Source of the DNA: Chrysomallon squamiferum
Lineage: Eukaryota; Animalia; Mollusca
Direction: 5' to 3'
Assembly (NCBI GenBank): GCA_012295275.1
Contig: CM022666.1
Span: 1,426,001-1,490,000 of the forward strand
DNA length: 64,000 nucleotides
Below are positions 13,374 through 28,141 of this stretch, piece by piece. A model generated the notes under the pieces. That model ran no database searches, was not told where the DNA came from, and worked only from the letters and a program-made list of their open reading frames with translations. A program made the translations under genes and the position numbers. Within the stretch, counting starts at the first letter, position 1, and each line of letters starts with the position of its first letter.

Positions 13374-16300
13374 CAGGCTAACAAGAAAAATCTTTTCTAT
13401 ACTTTCTTAAACCACAGATATTATTATATTACTCTAACTAGTTATTACAAACCATCATCAGAGAGAGAGAGCTTACAGAAACCAAACTCACAAAAATTCC
13501 AGTCACTTGACCACCAACACAGGTTTTTTTTTTTTTTTTTTTTTGGGATGGAATTCATAACTCATGTTTTTCACATAATATTCAACACACTGCAGTACAG
13601 AAATCTAATACACTGTGTGTCTGAGCTGAAACAAAGATACTCTGCAGCAGGTTTACAGATCATAACTGATTTTCCTCTCACTTTTCACCAGACTGTCGCT
13701 GTTCTCAGGTTCTGGGCTTGCAGGGCGTTGTTGGATGAAAGCCACAGTCCCCTGCCAACCATTTTATAATGAGGTGCGAATGATACTCAGGCGAGAGTTA
13801 ATAGCATTAGCTGTGCCTGGTGCATTTACCAGCTATTGTTTATGTAGCTGTAGAGCCACGGTTACACTTGTCAAACAATTTGCATTATGAAAACAGCAGT
13901 TGTTTCATGGGTTTTACCTGTGTCTCTGTGTGTGTGTGTGTGTGTGTGTATGTGTGTGTGTGTGTGTGAACCTCTGGGGTTTTTTGGTACGTTTTGGAAC
14001 ACGGTAAGAGTGAAATCACTCAAACGTAACAGATGTGATATTCAATTGTGTGATTGGTTTTGCAGATGATGTATTATGTAGATAGTGCGTGTGTTAAAAC
14101 AAAATGCCGATAAGGATAGTGAGATATATTATCATTATCATTAACAAGTAACATTTTTTTCTTCTTTTATACTGATTTTATCTAATTTTATACATTTTTT
14201 TTTATATATTGGAAACTTTTATTGCCAGAGCATTTTGTATTTCTGTGTAAAGAAATGAGATACATGTGTTTTGAAAAGCTAGCAAGGAAGTGACTATAAT
14301 AAAACTGATTCTTTATCATTGAAAAAAGCCAAATATTTAGACTGAATTTATGACGTTTATGAAGAAATTAGCTCTTTATACGTTCTTTATACAGCAATGA
14401 ACTCATTATTAAGAGATAAAAAAATTTTTACAACAAAATTAATCGTGCGTAATAAAATTGATTCTTTATGGTTATATACATGTTTTTTCGATAACATAAA
14501 TTCTACTTGATGAAATTGGCTCTTTACAAAGAAATAAAAGATTTTATAACGATATTGATTCCTCGAAATGAAATTGATCTTTTTTTTTTGTGTCTAAATT
14601 CATTATTAGTGATGAAATTGGCTTTTTATGGTCCATTATTTTATGAGAAGCACACCTAACATATTATTACAACCATAAAGATACCATTAACACTGGTTTC
14701 AATTGCCGTCCACAACAACAAAAATATCCCTAGCAAAATTTCAGTGACTCTTTGCTTCCTATGAAATTGCTTAACTGGCCTCCTGCCATTTGTTTCCAAC
14801 ACTTTGGGCCCACTTGGCAAATTGTTCATTAGCAAGCAGACAAGATGGTTTTTGTCAAGAATCATATTACTGGTGTGAGTTTCTAAAAATGTATTGGGTA
14901 TATTGTTCCTTGGTCTAGAATATCAGGTCTGATAAATACTTGTCTAGTTCCATTACTCCTGAAATTGCTTGAAAATCTGATAACACTTCAAAGATGAATC
15001 CATTATGGCATTAAGCCTTTTTTTTATCTTTTCTTTTCTTTCTTTTTTTTCAGTTTGTTTGTTTTTTTGTGTGTTTTTTTTTTGTTTTTTTTCTCTGTGA
15101 AAGCAGAACAGCATTGTTAGGAGAAATGAAGAAAAACAACAACAACAACAAAAAAAAAACCCATAAAACTTTTAATGGAAAGTAAACAAAGCCTCTCTCA
15201 ACAATTTAAAAAGTTAATGAAGAAAACAAAATTTTTAAAGTATTTGTGTTTCCTAAAAAACAGAATGAAAAATTTATTTGATTTGTTAAATGATCATATA
15301 CTTGAGTCAGGGTAATTCTGAATATGTTTCTTACATGAGAAGTGTTCTAGTTTACTGGTCAAGACAAAAATAACTGGCAGATGAACCAATCAAAAATATA
15401 CATTCTCTTTTATTGGGTTTTTTTTTTTTTTTTTTTGTGCGGTGGTTCGAGAAAGCAGAAATGACTGCTTTTTCTCTAGAACAGTGAATGAATGGTCTGG
15501 AGTAACAAAAAAAATTGTTTATTGGTCAAAATCTATTTGCGGACCTGCTATATTTTATTTATCCTAATAAACAATAGCGATGTAATTACAGATGCAGAAA
15601 GACCAATAACATCACCAAGATTTCAGTCTGGACAGAGCTAGAAAATTGTGGAGCATAATCTCATGAATCTTTTAGTTTAATCTTCTTTATTCAATTATTA
15701 TTATTTTATATTTATTTTTTTTATTATTTTTTTTATTCAGATGTGATATATATTTCTTCAACATAACTCAAATGTGACACAAAGAATTTCCAGATAAACC
15801 TGAATTACAAAGTATAATCAGAAATGCAAAAATTACTTAAACCGATTTTTCTGAAAATCCAAATAATGTGAGATCTGAGACAAATGTGGTTCTTCTAAAA
15901 TCTTTTTACTGAATTTTCTTTTTTTTTTTTTTTTAAATAACTTTTAAAACTGAGTTTCAAAACTAAATTTAAAAATTTTAAAAAAATTAAAATAATGTGG
16001 AGAAAAAAAAACAACAACCAAAAACTGAAGACCGAAACTTGGGAAAGAATGCTGCGAATGAGTTGGAAAGTTGAATGAGTTTGACAGGTGTGAAATAGAG
16101 AAATACGAGTATGGAAATACAACATTATAAATGTGTGATTCCATCAACACTGGGTCTGGTTGACACAGTTACTTCTCCTGTTCTGCTCTCAGTAAGAGAA
16201 AACCAAACAAAAACAAACAGATACTGCCATTCCTGTCTGCTGTTGCTAAGTAACACCTACTTCCTGAACATCCATCCAGTTCTTCCTGTCACGATTTTCA

Positions 16301-17363
16301 GCCTCTTTCTGAAAGCTTCCGTCATCACTGATGAAGCAAGATGGCTGACATTTTACTTCTGCAGACAATGGTTTTCTTTAGTGCTACCCCCACCAAAAAA
16401 AAAAAAAAAAAGAAAAGAAATTAATCTTTGTCTTATTTTGAGTTTTTTGGTAGCTCATTTGGGATTAACAAAAATACACTGATTTAAATTATGGTTCTAT
16501 ATTTTTTTCCCATTCTAACCAGTTGATGAAAATTAAAAATTTATGTTGTTTTTTTATTTGTTTTTTGAGCTGTTTGTGTCACCAGAGCCAATGGGTTTCA
16601 TGTCAGTTGACCTGACTGAGGTACATCATCTTACATCATGCAGCCATCACAGATTGTTATGCTCTTGGCCATATTACCATGTTCAACCATTTCTTCATTT
16701 CCAAAAGAACCCTTCAGAACTTCTCTGGAAAATTGCATCTTGTATCAGTTTATGATATTGCACTTTCCTAATTTGTCTCACTAACCTAATTTCCAATTCC
16801 AGATTCAGTCTTTTTGATACCTGCAGAAAGTAATTCATGTCTAGTCACTTTGCATTGGCTTAACTTATTTAGTTGCTCTGATAGAATTATCTTACACACA
16901 GTCTGCCTGTTTCTCCTGTTGAAGTAATATGTAATGACTTCTCTTTTATTTTTATCTTTTTTTTTTAAATTGTGACTTTGATATTGAAGCTAGTTTTTTG
17001 GAGTACAGCCAAAACGTACCAAATTTAAAAACATTATTGCATGCCAAGCTTCATGTGTTGGAACAAACAACAAGAAAAAAAGAGAAAGAAAAAAAGAAGA
17101 TGAAAGAACAATTTTGTATTGCAACTAAAGTAATTATTTAAATGAGAAACGTCTAAATACACTCTCACAAGCAATCAAACATGCCATGCACTGCCACACA
17201 TTTATTTTTATATATATAAAGAAATAATAATAATAATAATAATAATAATCAAAAATGATTTTATATCGAAACTAAAGTCATTTGTAAAAAATGAGAAATA
17301 GCCAAGCATGATAAAACATAAAAATCATTTGGAAAACTGCCTTTGCCTTCCCATGCATATTGA

Positions 17364-17394
<31 letters not shown>

Positions 17395-17884
17395 ATTTTT
17401 TTATCATTAATAAAAATCCATTTATTTTTTTTTCTTTAACAAATAAAAAATATTTTCCTCTCAAACCAGAAAAAAAAAAAAAAAAAAAAAAAAAAAATTA
17501 AATTTTTTTTTTTCATTGAATTACTTGTTTGATAAATATGATTGCCAAGTGTCCATTTAAGACATTTCCGACACTGTCAGTTACAACAATGAGCAGTGAG
17601 TTACTCAGACAAATTACACTGAGTCTGTTCTTCTTCATAATCATTGGTTTGAGCTAATTCTGTCTGTGTTGTGAAGAAGACAGCAGAGGGCCATACTACC
17701 CTGCCTTTCGCTGTTTGAGAATGAAGAGTTTCTGAGACGTTGAATTAGTTGTTCAACAGATAATTACATTCTTTCATGCCTCAGGATTTGAAACAAAAAA
17801 GCCAGAAAAAGTTAATCACTGAACTCATTTCCTAACAATTGGAAGAAATTCACTTTTCATTTGAAGATCAATTTATTGCACTTT

Positions 17885-17921
<37 letters not shown>

Positions 17922-17932
17922 GTATTTTATTT

Positions 17933-17963
<31 letters not shown>

Positions 17964-19519
17964 TATATAGATTATTATTATTATTATTATTTTAAATGTG
18001 TTTTGTTTTAATTTATTATTGGACTTAAATTTCTATTTGTTTGTTTTTGTTGCAGTTTTTTAATTGTTTATGTTTTGCTTTCATTTTCCTTTTTGACTTA
18101 GAAATATTTTTCTTAAATTTCCGCATTGAATTCTTAAACTGTTAACAAAAATTATAAGAAAACATTTTTGTTTTCTGTTGTTGTTTTTTTGGTTGTTTTT
18201 TTCTGTTGTAATTTCTCATTTTGTTTTTGAAATTATTTTACTTTTCAAGGTTTTTTTTTTAAATGAATTTTCAAACAATTTTTGTTTGTTATTTTAAATT
18301 ATTTTTTTTAGTTTTCAATTCAGATTAGTTTGTATTACTGGACTGGAAATCACGTGGAAAAAACAACAAAAAAAACCCCCAAACACCTAAATTATTTTTG
18401 TTGTTCTTCTGTCAGAATAAGACTTATTGTCTTAGTTTGAAAATTAGTGGAAAAGAAGAGAGAGAGAGAAAAAAAAATTCTTACAGACTTCTACCACATT
18501 TTATGTGTGTTTTTTTTTGTTGTTTCTTTTTCTCAGGATTTCTTTCAAGAGAAGTGTTTGGAAGTAATTATTTGTGAAAGGCAACATCATTTGATTCACT
18601 TGTAAAGTATATTTTACCACCATCATGCTGTTACATCAAAAGTACAAAGAGAAAGAAAAAAAAAAAAAAAAAAAAAAAAATTCCCCCAGCAACATGATTT
18701 TCTTGCCAACATGACGGTTTTTGAGAAAACCAAAAAAATGTGCAGATGTTTTGTTTTGTTTTGCAAAAACATACATACCTAACTCTTTTCATTGCAGTTA
18801 TTTGACTAGAAACTGTATGTCAATGATTTGTTTATTTAAGATCTAAAAAAGTAAATAATAAAAAACCCATAAAAAAATGGGAAGTGTTTCTTTAAAAGAA
18901 TTTTCAAGTAAATTAAAATAACATAAATTTCTTTTCATGCAGTTAGATTATAAATCCCACACACATTCACCATGCCAAAGAAAAAAAAAAGATAAATAAA
19001 TAAAAAAAAAAAAAACCCACAGACATCCTTTGACAAATTAATGATCAATTGAATTCTATTGTTGGTTATATTATTTTAGTTAATTAATTTTCACACATCT
19101 GTTCAAACCAGAAAAAGGTTTATAGTCCATTAGCAGAGATATGCAAGGCAGATTTTATTATTATTATTATTATTTTTTAAATTAATGCTTTAAATTGCTT
19201 TGTCTTTTGGCTTTTAACTCATAATTAAGAAAAAAACTATATAATTAATTAATTCCAAAAAAATATCTTAGTAATTAAAAAATTTTTGATTATTAAAGTA
19301 ATATTCTTATTTTATCTTCACTTTTTCTTTCTTTTTCTCTCATTTACAAAATAAAGTAAAAAATGAATAACAGTCTTAATCATTGTTATTTTTAGTTTTA
19401 CTCAAAAATTCCAACATCATATTTACTCATCTTCATCTCTGCTTTCATTATGAAACCCTAATCATGACAATTATTTGTGTATGTGTGTATATATAATGCT
19501 TAAAGGTATTTAATAATAA

Positions 19520-19577
<58 letters not shown>

Positions 19578-21137
19578 CAACATACACACACAGTTCTTTC
19601 TATATAGGTATGTGTGTATGTTCATAAGTTTGTAAACATATATGTATCCAATATATGTATATTCTGTATGCATGCAATTATGTATATAATGTGTGTAATG
19701 TATGTATGTTTGTATATTTGTATGTCTGTCCATATATACATACACATGTATTGCCAGCATGTATATAATACGTGACATTCAAATGGAGAAACATTCAAAT
19801 TCTTAGTCGTTACTGAACTGTGGGTGTGACTGTCGGGAAAAACGTCCCTACACAATTACATCAGCAGCTTTTATCACAGCGCAGACTGATTTCTCTCCTG
19901 ACAGCAAACTGACACCACCAGTCCATTCTGACTATTGTGTCTGTTGTCAGAATGGATCTTTTCTCTGTGAAAGCAAGTCATAATTATCTCCTTGTCCAGA
20001 CTGGGTGAAACATCCACCAACCCAAAACAGTTTTTTTGTACTGCTGGCTTGCCAAGGAACACTGCTTCACAGTTCCCAGTGCATCAGAAAGGTTTCTGAT
20101 ACCTCTGCTGAAAGCCGCCAATAAAAGCCTACGCTGAAAGATTGCATGTTGCTGCTCTGGCTAAATAGATGACTTGTTGACAGAGTGGACATATATGTCT
20201 ACCAAGAACACCATCAAGCAGATAATTTGCACCTTGTTTTTCTAGTGTTAAATTGCAAGATAGCAAGCATGCTTCTTTTTCTAATACAGCAAACAAAATT
20301 CTTCCGAAACACAGCAAGGATAATTATTTTTGCAACTAGGTTTTTATAATAATAATGGCAGACATGTTCTTCTGCAATACAGCAAACAATTATTATATTG
20401 CAGTTGAGTTTTATATATACAGGCCTGTATGTAAAGAAAAATTGTTATTTTGTAAGAATAACAATAAATTTATTTTTTGATTTTTTAATTTTTTTTGGTG
20501 AAATTTCCTTTTATTTAAATGCAACCATATTTCATGCCATAAGTTTCAAATTCACTTTAAAAAATAAAAAAATAAATAAGAAGATAAATAAACAAAAAGA
20601 AAAACTGCGAAATGTCTTTAATAAAAAAGTCATATTGCTTTCAAATTAAATGATAAGGTATTAAGTGGACCATCAGATAATATTATTAAATTTATTACTT
20701 GTCGTAAATCTTAATGCATTAGAATTCCAAGTGATCTTCTTTCTGCTGATAACTTGCACTCATCTTAGAAATGTGACAAGCTTACAGATAATTCTGTGTA
20801 AAAGTATGAGATTGCAAAGAAGAAATAGCATCTATGTATATGACTGAAACTAAACAAAAGATAGTGTCAGAGCATTTCGAAAAGGAAAAAAGAAAGATTA
20901 AAAATGAATCTTAATTTAGCTAAAATGTTGAAGAATTGTATACACTGATTTTTAAAACATTTTTATTTATTTCTTTCTTTTTTCTTCTTTTTCTTTTTAT
21001 TATTATTATTATTATTAATTTTTTTTGAGACTTTAATTTATACAGAAGTTGTGTTTAATTAGTTCATTTTTGTTACTACTGTGAATATGTGAGTGAATGT
21101 GTATGTTTGTTAGTGTAAGTTTCAGTATGTGTGTGTA

Positions 21138-21192
<55 letters not shown>

Positions 21193-22157
21193 TTTGTCCA
21201 TGTATCAGCATGCAAAAATTCACAATGCAAAGAAGCAATTTATTTGACAGCATCACAAGACTATGATCAGCTTTTGTACACATCTTAAATGTGCCATCTC
21301 TTTAACTGAGGGATAAATTTCAACAAATCTCACTTATTTCATTATCAACTTTCTCCTTCCTTTTTTCTCTTTTTCTAACAAATATCCTCTTTTTTTCTTT
21401 CTACTGTCAGGTTGGATTTTTTTTGTTTCTGTACAGTCATTCAGTGCTGTCAAACCATGGCTCTATCAGTTAAACTGGACAACACAATGACCACAGTGTT
21501 TTTTCACATTCTCATTCCAGTGTAATGTCTCGTTCAATCAAGCAATTTGTGCTTCAAGTTGATTTAGTTGTCAGTGCTCATGATTGCAAATCAGTTTGAA
21601 TTTTTTTTTTTTTTTTTTTTTTTCTTTTTTCCCCCTTTTTCTTTATGTTTCTTCCATTCTGTTTCTCATTTAAAAGGTGTTTAAAATTCGTAATTTGCTG
21701 TCTAGCGACTGCAAATACCACGATTCTTCTTCTCATTTCAGTCGTGTGTCTGTGGGCATAGTTAGAATGGTTGATTGTCTCTTGATAATATTAATGGTTG
21801 AGAAAACATGAGGAGGGAGAAAGAGAGATAGATAGATAGAGGAGCTGAAAAGGGTAGGGGGAAAGGAGGATAAACTGACAAAAGGAAACAAAGGAGGTGC
21901 TGAAATAGGGGAAAGAGAGGTTTTTTTTTTTTTAATACCTCCTAGTTTGTTGATCTTTCATTTCTTTAAAGTTTTTTCTTTCTCTCTCTCTCTACTCTCT
22001 CTCTCTCTCTCTCTCATTTTTCTTTCTCTTTGTCTCCATCTCACTTCCACTGTTTTAATCTTTATTCCTTTCTCACTTTCTTCCTCTCTCTCATATTTTC
22101 TGTTTCTTTTTTCTTTCTTTCCCTTTATCTGTCATACTCTCTCATACTTTTAATTTA

Positions 22158-22249
<92 letters not shown>

Positions 22250-23320
22250 CTCTTTCTCTCTCTCTCTCTCACACACATATATATACCTATATCAATAATA
22301 TTTATACAAAATCTCAAATCAGTTCTGTACTACAAGAAACTTTAATTTCTTCTTTTCTTTTCTTAAAATCTCAATCTACTATGCTTGCAATAAAACCTCT
22401 TTTGTCAGACAACATAGCACAAATAGCCAAGTTAAACAAATTTAAAGTTAAACGTTTTATAATTTTGATTAATGACTAACATGTTCAAACTGACGTGGCA
22501 GGTGTTGGTTGGGGGGGGGGGGGGATCCAGTGGGGAGCGAAGCTGGCTCAAAATGGTGGCAAACACTGAGAACTTCAATCAACTAAATGCTGCTATCCAA
22601 ACAGCTTATCCTTCTTTAATTGTTATTGAAAGAACAAACACAGATGTTAAGTACAATTGCTTTTAAAAGAAAAAAAAAATATATATATAAAAAAAAACAC
22701 ACCAAAACAAACAAAAAAAAAATCATCAAAGAAAACATTTTTTTTTTTTTAGTTCAAATCCAACAGTTGCTAAATAATTGATTATATTCTAAGCAGGTTT
22801 TTTTTTATTTTTTTTTTTTTTTTTTTTTTTTTAATCTTTTTTTTCTCCAAAATATACATTAAGCTGAATGAGAAAACATTTAAAACAAAGGTTTTTAAGT
22901 TAAAGAAGAAAGCGCAAACAAATTCTATTACAGTAATCTAAAATAACAAATTAATGGAAGGAAAAATAAACCAACAAAAACAAGAGAAGCTAGTTTAAAA
23001 TACATTTTTGAAATCAAGATAATTGATTTCAGACAAAAATAAAATTCCTTTGAGGCTGTTCTTTTCTGATTACCTGAAGTTAATGAGTTTGTAAATGTTG
23101 TATTTACCTTCAATTTTAAAACTGCCACTCATTCATTTCCAGATTAAATAGCAAAGAAAATTGACTTTTCCCAGTAATGATAATTTCATTATTCTTCTAG
23201 TTCAATTGCAATTAGGTTCAAGTATTGTACTGCGAGCGTTTTGCATGCAGTTTTCACTTGTTCAACCCAGAAATCAATGTCTTCTGAGTTAGAATGAGTT
23301 ATTCCTATAGCAGAGATTAA

Positions 23321-23377
<57 letters not shown>

Positions 23378-26300
23378 CAAAATGAATATATAAAATAAGT
23401 AGTAGTAATAGTAATAATGATAATAATTATAACATTAGTGGTAGCAGTAGATAATAATGATGATATAGTTGTAATGATGATGATGATAATAATAATAATA
23501 ATAATAATGACAGTAGTAGTAGTCGTAGTGATAATGATAATAGTAATAATAATAAAGATAGTAGTAGTAGTAAAAAATATAATGATAGTAGTAATAGTAA
23601 TAATAACAAGGATAGTAATAGCATTAATAATGATAGTAGTAGTAGTAATAATAAAGATAATAGTAGTAGTAGTAATAAAGATAATAGTAGTAGTAGTAGT
23701 GGTAATAAGAAATAAAAAATAACAAATAATAATAATCATCATTATCATCATCATCATCATCATCATCAGAATTTATCCCTCATCTCTCTGATCCCTTAGA
23801 ACTGTCTTCTAACCACTGTTCCAAAAAAATAAAATAAAATAAAATAAAATAAAATAAAATAAAGTAATAAAAAAAATAAAAAAAAGCTTTACCTGTTCAA
23901 AATGCCATGAAATGCTACAACTTAACATCAGTCAAACTCACTTGGAGCCACACATTTAGTTTTATTTTATTATCAGCCATAAATACCATGGAATAAATTA
24001 ACCCACACAGTTTTAAATGGCAAGTTATTTATTTATTTATTTATTATTATTTTATTATTATTATTTTTTTTTTGTTTAATGAAAAACAGACGTACATCTT
24101 TTGACAGTTCTGTGCATTAGTTGTGAAAATAATTAACCAAACGTGTCCAGAACGCTGGCAATCGATGTAAAACGAGTTAGCTGATTATCTGCGTCAGGGG
24201 GGAACAGGAATCCTCGCAGTGCTTCTGGTAGCCGAGCTGCTGGAGAACGTGAATGTCACCTTGGTGCTGTTTTATTAAGTTACACATACTGGGCAAGTGT
24301 ATGTATGTATGTATTATTAATACGTGCACACACGTTCAGCCAAGGGTTTTAACTGTAGATGTTGTGTGGGGGGGGTGTTGTCTGGACATCTTTAGTTAAT
24401 ATTTGAAAATGATATTTGTATGGGTTTTTGTTATTTTTGTTTTATTTAATAGTTATTTAATTCTTTCTTCTTCTTCTTCTTCTTCTTCTTCTCCTCCTTC
24501 TTCTTCTTCTTCTTCTCCTTCTTCTTCTTCTTCTTCTTTTCCTACTTGTTCTTCTTCTTTTTCTTCTTTCTTTTCTTCTTCTTCTTGTTCTTCTTTTTCT
24601 TTTCTTCTTCTTCATCATCTTCTTCTTCTTCTTTTCCTTCTTCTTCTTCTTCTTCTTCTTTTTCTTCTTCATCATTAAGGTTATTATATCTTACTTACTT
24701 CCAGCAACAAGCCATGTATGGAATCCTTTTCTGTTTTCTAAAATGTACACGTCATTGTTGTTGTTGTTGTTTGTTTATTTACCTGCACAGAGATTTAAAA
24801 AATTTAATTTAATTGTGCTGGTAACAGTATGTTCTGTTGACCAAATATGTAAAAGAAAGAAAAAAGAAACAAAATTCTCAATTCTTTAATGGCTGCAGAA
24901 ATGTTGATATAAAATACAAAACATTAATAACAGTAAATCATGGTATTAGAGAAAAAAATAACTGTTACATTAATAGAAACTGTACTGGCCTTAAATATTT
25001 TTCTGTATAATATATAAATACCTAGTGTTACTGCATGAATCCCCCAGCAAAAAAAACACAAAAAACATGCTAATGTGCAAAAGTTTTGATTTTACATTTT
25101 ATATATAAAAACAAATAATTTCTGATTGTAAAAAAAAAAAAAATAAAATAAAAAATTCATATCAATCAACACTTTGGGAATTCCCTAGCAACACAGGCCA
25201 GTTAGTGCCATTGTTTTAGCTAAAGTTGATTTGATACCCAAATCAAAATCGATGAGATAACTAATGTTTTAGACAGGTTTGACTAAAATCCTTTTGAGAA
25301 AGTTTAGAGAAGAGTGAAGTGAAGTAACTGAGAGACAGAAAACTGAAAGATTTGGACATTTCATGGGGCAGTAACTCAAAATGGCTGCTTTTGTCTTTGA
25401 CTAGGTTTTCCTGTGCTTTATCACAAATGTTCTTCAGATGCAGGCAATTAGATTTGAAACTGAAAATTCAGGCAAAGTCAGCCTGCCTTCATGCAAAATT
25501 TAGTTGCCTTATCATGTTAATGCAGTTAACATTTCGTTGGAGCTCTTTTTAATATAATATGATCCCTTTTCATCCAATTTTCAATGGCTGAGCCATTACA
25601 TTCGTGAAAGATGTTGATATGACATTTGAATTTAAACATCCAGCACTTAGTAACACACTCTCGGTACAGCTAATTTCTTGTTGCCATGGAGAGATAGTTT
25701 GTTTTGGTTCGATCCCAAGAGACAGGACAGCATGTACCATTCCCTTTGATATTGGAGTCATGGGATGCTGGTTGTGTGTTTATCTGTATGGTCTATGTAG
25801 AAAAATAAGCACATGTGAGCTCATTTGTTTGACAGGTTCAGAGTAACTTGACAGGATGTTTTGACACCGAAGGAACAGAATGTTTAGTTTCTGCCGTGAT
25901 AAACCTGATGGAGCATGGCCTTATGGGATATGGGAGCGTAACTTTGGGAGATAGGTTTTGGAAAATGCGAAAAACTGTTTATTTAAACGAATGAAATAAT
26001 TAGCAGTAAACCTGTGCGAAAGTGTAAATATGTAACTCATTTTTTAAGCTTTTTTGTTCCCAAGAATGAGGTTTTTTTTTTTCTTCTTCAGAATATGCAG
26101 AAGTGTACGAGTTTTAGCTATTTTTGCATGAATGTGTGTAGATATTAATTTGTATGTTTCTGTATCTTTATAACTCTGTGTGTGTATCTGTATATATATA
26201 TTGTAGTTATGTTTGTATTCGTAAATGTGTGACTGTGTGTGTGTGTGTATATGTGAGTGTGTGTGTGTGTATGTGTGTGTGTTTTTAAGGTGTACATAAA

Positions 26301-27730
26301 TTGGCTAATTATATGTTTGTGTTTCTCTGTGTAGGTATATATATTTGTATGATTAAGTGTGTGTGTGTGTGTGTATGTGTGTGTAGTTCTAAATATTTCT
26401 TACCCATGATTTCTTGTTTTTTGTCTCTGCAATTATGTGCAAATATCTGTATTTATTCATTTATTGTCTGTGTGTATCCATAGGCATGTCACTGTACATT
26501 TGTGTTTGTGACCATACATGTTTCATAATTATATACCCATGACCCATGTGTATCTACATAGTTGATTTAAATGTGAGCCTATGCTTAATTAATGGCTACA
26601 ATTCTTACTTTGATTTTATACCTTTAAACAACAGTCTTTTTTTTTTTTTTTTTTTCAAATCCCAGAATACAAAACTGGCAGTTGTTGTCATATATTATTT
26701 GAGTTACACACTTCTCTTTTGTTGTTTTCTTCTGTCTAAAATGAAAATGGTCTTTGATGAAATAGTCTTGATAAGGCTGAGTTAGACATCTTTGACGTGG
26801 TGATTGGTTCAAATGGGTTATTAAGTCACAGCGTTTGATCTCCGCTATTGTCCCTTGTCTACGGGGGAATGCAAATTAACTGCCGGTAAAGCAATATAAA
26901 GTTACCTTCTCAGTTTTGACTCCGTGTAGCATACTTGTACATGTGTTTTGCAGATGTGTGCACAGGAGAAAGTTAAAAAAAAAAAAAAAAAAAAAACAGA
27001 AAAAGAAAAAAAATATATAACGATAAAACAAATTAATATAATTTTTTTGAAGGTTTTTTGTAAATCAAATTTACTGTAAATACTTGGTGAAGGGGGTTTG
27101 TTTTATTTTTACAGTTTTAAAAAAAATTATTTTATATTGTAATTTGGGTTTTGAGGATGGTTTTTGGAGGTGGTTGGTAATTTAGAAAAAAGTTGAGGAA
27201 TAAAAATCACATTACTGCATAACAAATATGTTTCGTGTGTTAGTAATGAAACCAGCTGCTAGGAAGAGTTCATGCTTTGTTTCATTATTTCTGTGTATTA
27301 AAATTTAAACACAAAATAAACTTTCTTTTTTCTTTTATATCCATGTCTCTGTATTCACCTGTCTCTGTATTCACATGTCTCTGTATTCACCTGTCTCTGT
27401 ATTCACCTGTCTCTGTATTCACCTGTCTCTGTATTCACATGTCTCTGTATTCACCTGTCTCTGTATTCACATGTCTCTGTATTCACCTGTCTCTGTATTC
27501 ACATGTCTCTCTATTCACCTGTCTCTGTATTCACCTGTCTCTGTATTCACATGTGTCTGTATTCACCTGTCTCTGTATTCACCTGTCTCTGTATTCACCT
27601 GTCTGTATTCACCTGTCTCTGTATTCACCTGTCTGTATTCACCTGTCTCTGTATTCACATGTCTCTGTATTCACCTGTCTCTGTATTCACCTGTCTCTGT
27701 ATTCACCTGTCTCTCTTTTACCTTCTCCTT

Positions 27731-27761
<31 letters not shown>

Positions 27762-27931
27762 GCTTCACCACTGGATTTCTCTTCCTCTCACTGTCTATCT
27801 ATTGATCTATTCATTCTTACCTGCTGTTTTTCTTTCATTTTCTTTCTTTCTCTCTCTTTTCTCTTCTCTCTCTTACCTCCCTCCTCTCTTCCATTCTCAG
27901 TCTCTCTATCTTGCCATTTACCCATCAGTCT

Positions 27932-28005
<74 letters not shown>

Positions 28006-28109
28006 AAGTATATTTGCCTCTGTCTCATAATACATTAATTAATTTATAATGCACTGAAAACATAAAGTTTAAAATAAATTTTACATATTATTTTTATTCA
28101 TTCATTTAA

Positions 28110-28141
<32 letters not shown>

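Noticed and set aside
15592-15641. Acceptor-like tacag followed by DAERPITSPRFQSGQS
   Set aside because: In-frame TAG before any good donor
19780-20320. Nested minus-strand gene in the RYK intron (ORFs 19874..20062, 20129..20317)
   Set aside because: No protein-like motifs, non-ATG starts and no consistent splice chain
27277-28038. Long 253/210-aa ORFs
   Set aside because: Produced by the 16-bp minisatellite and (CT)n; open in several frames
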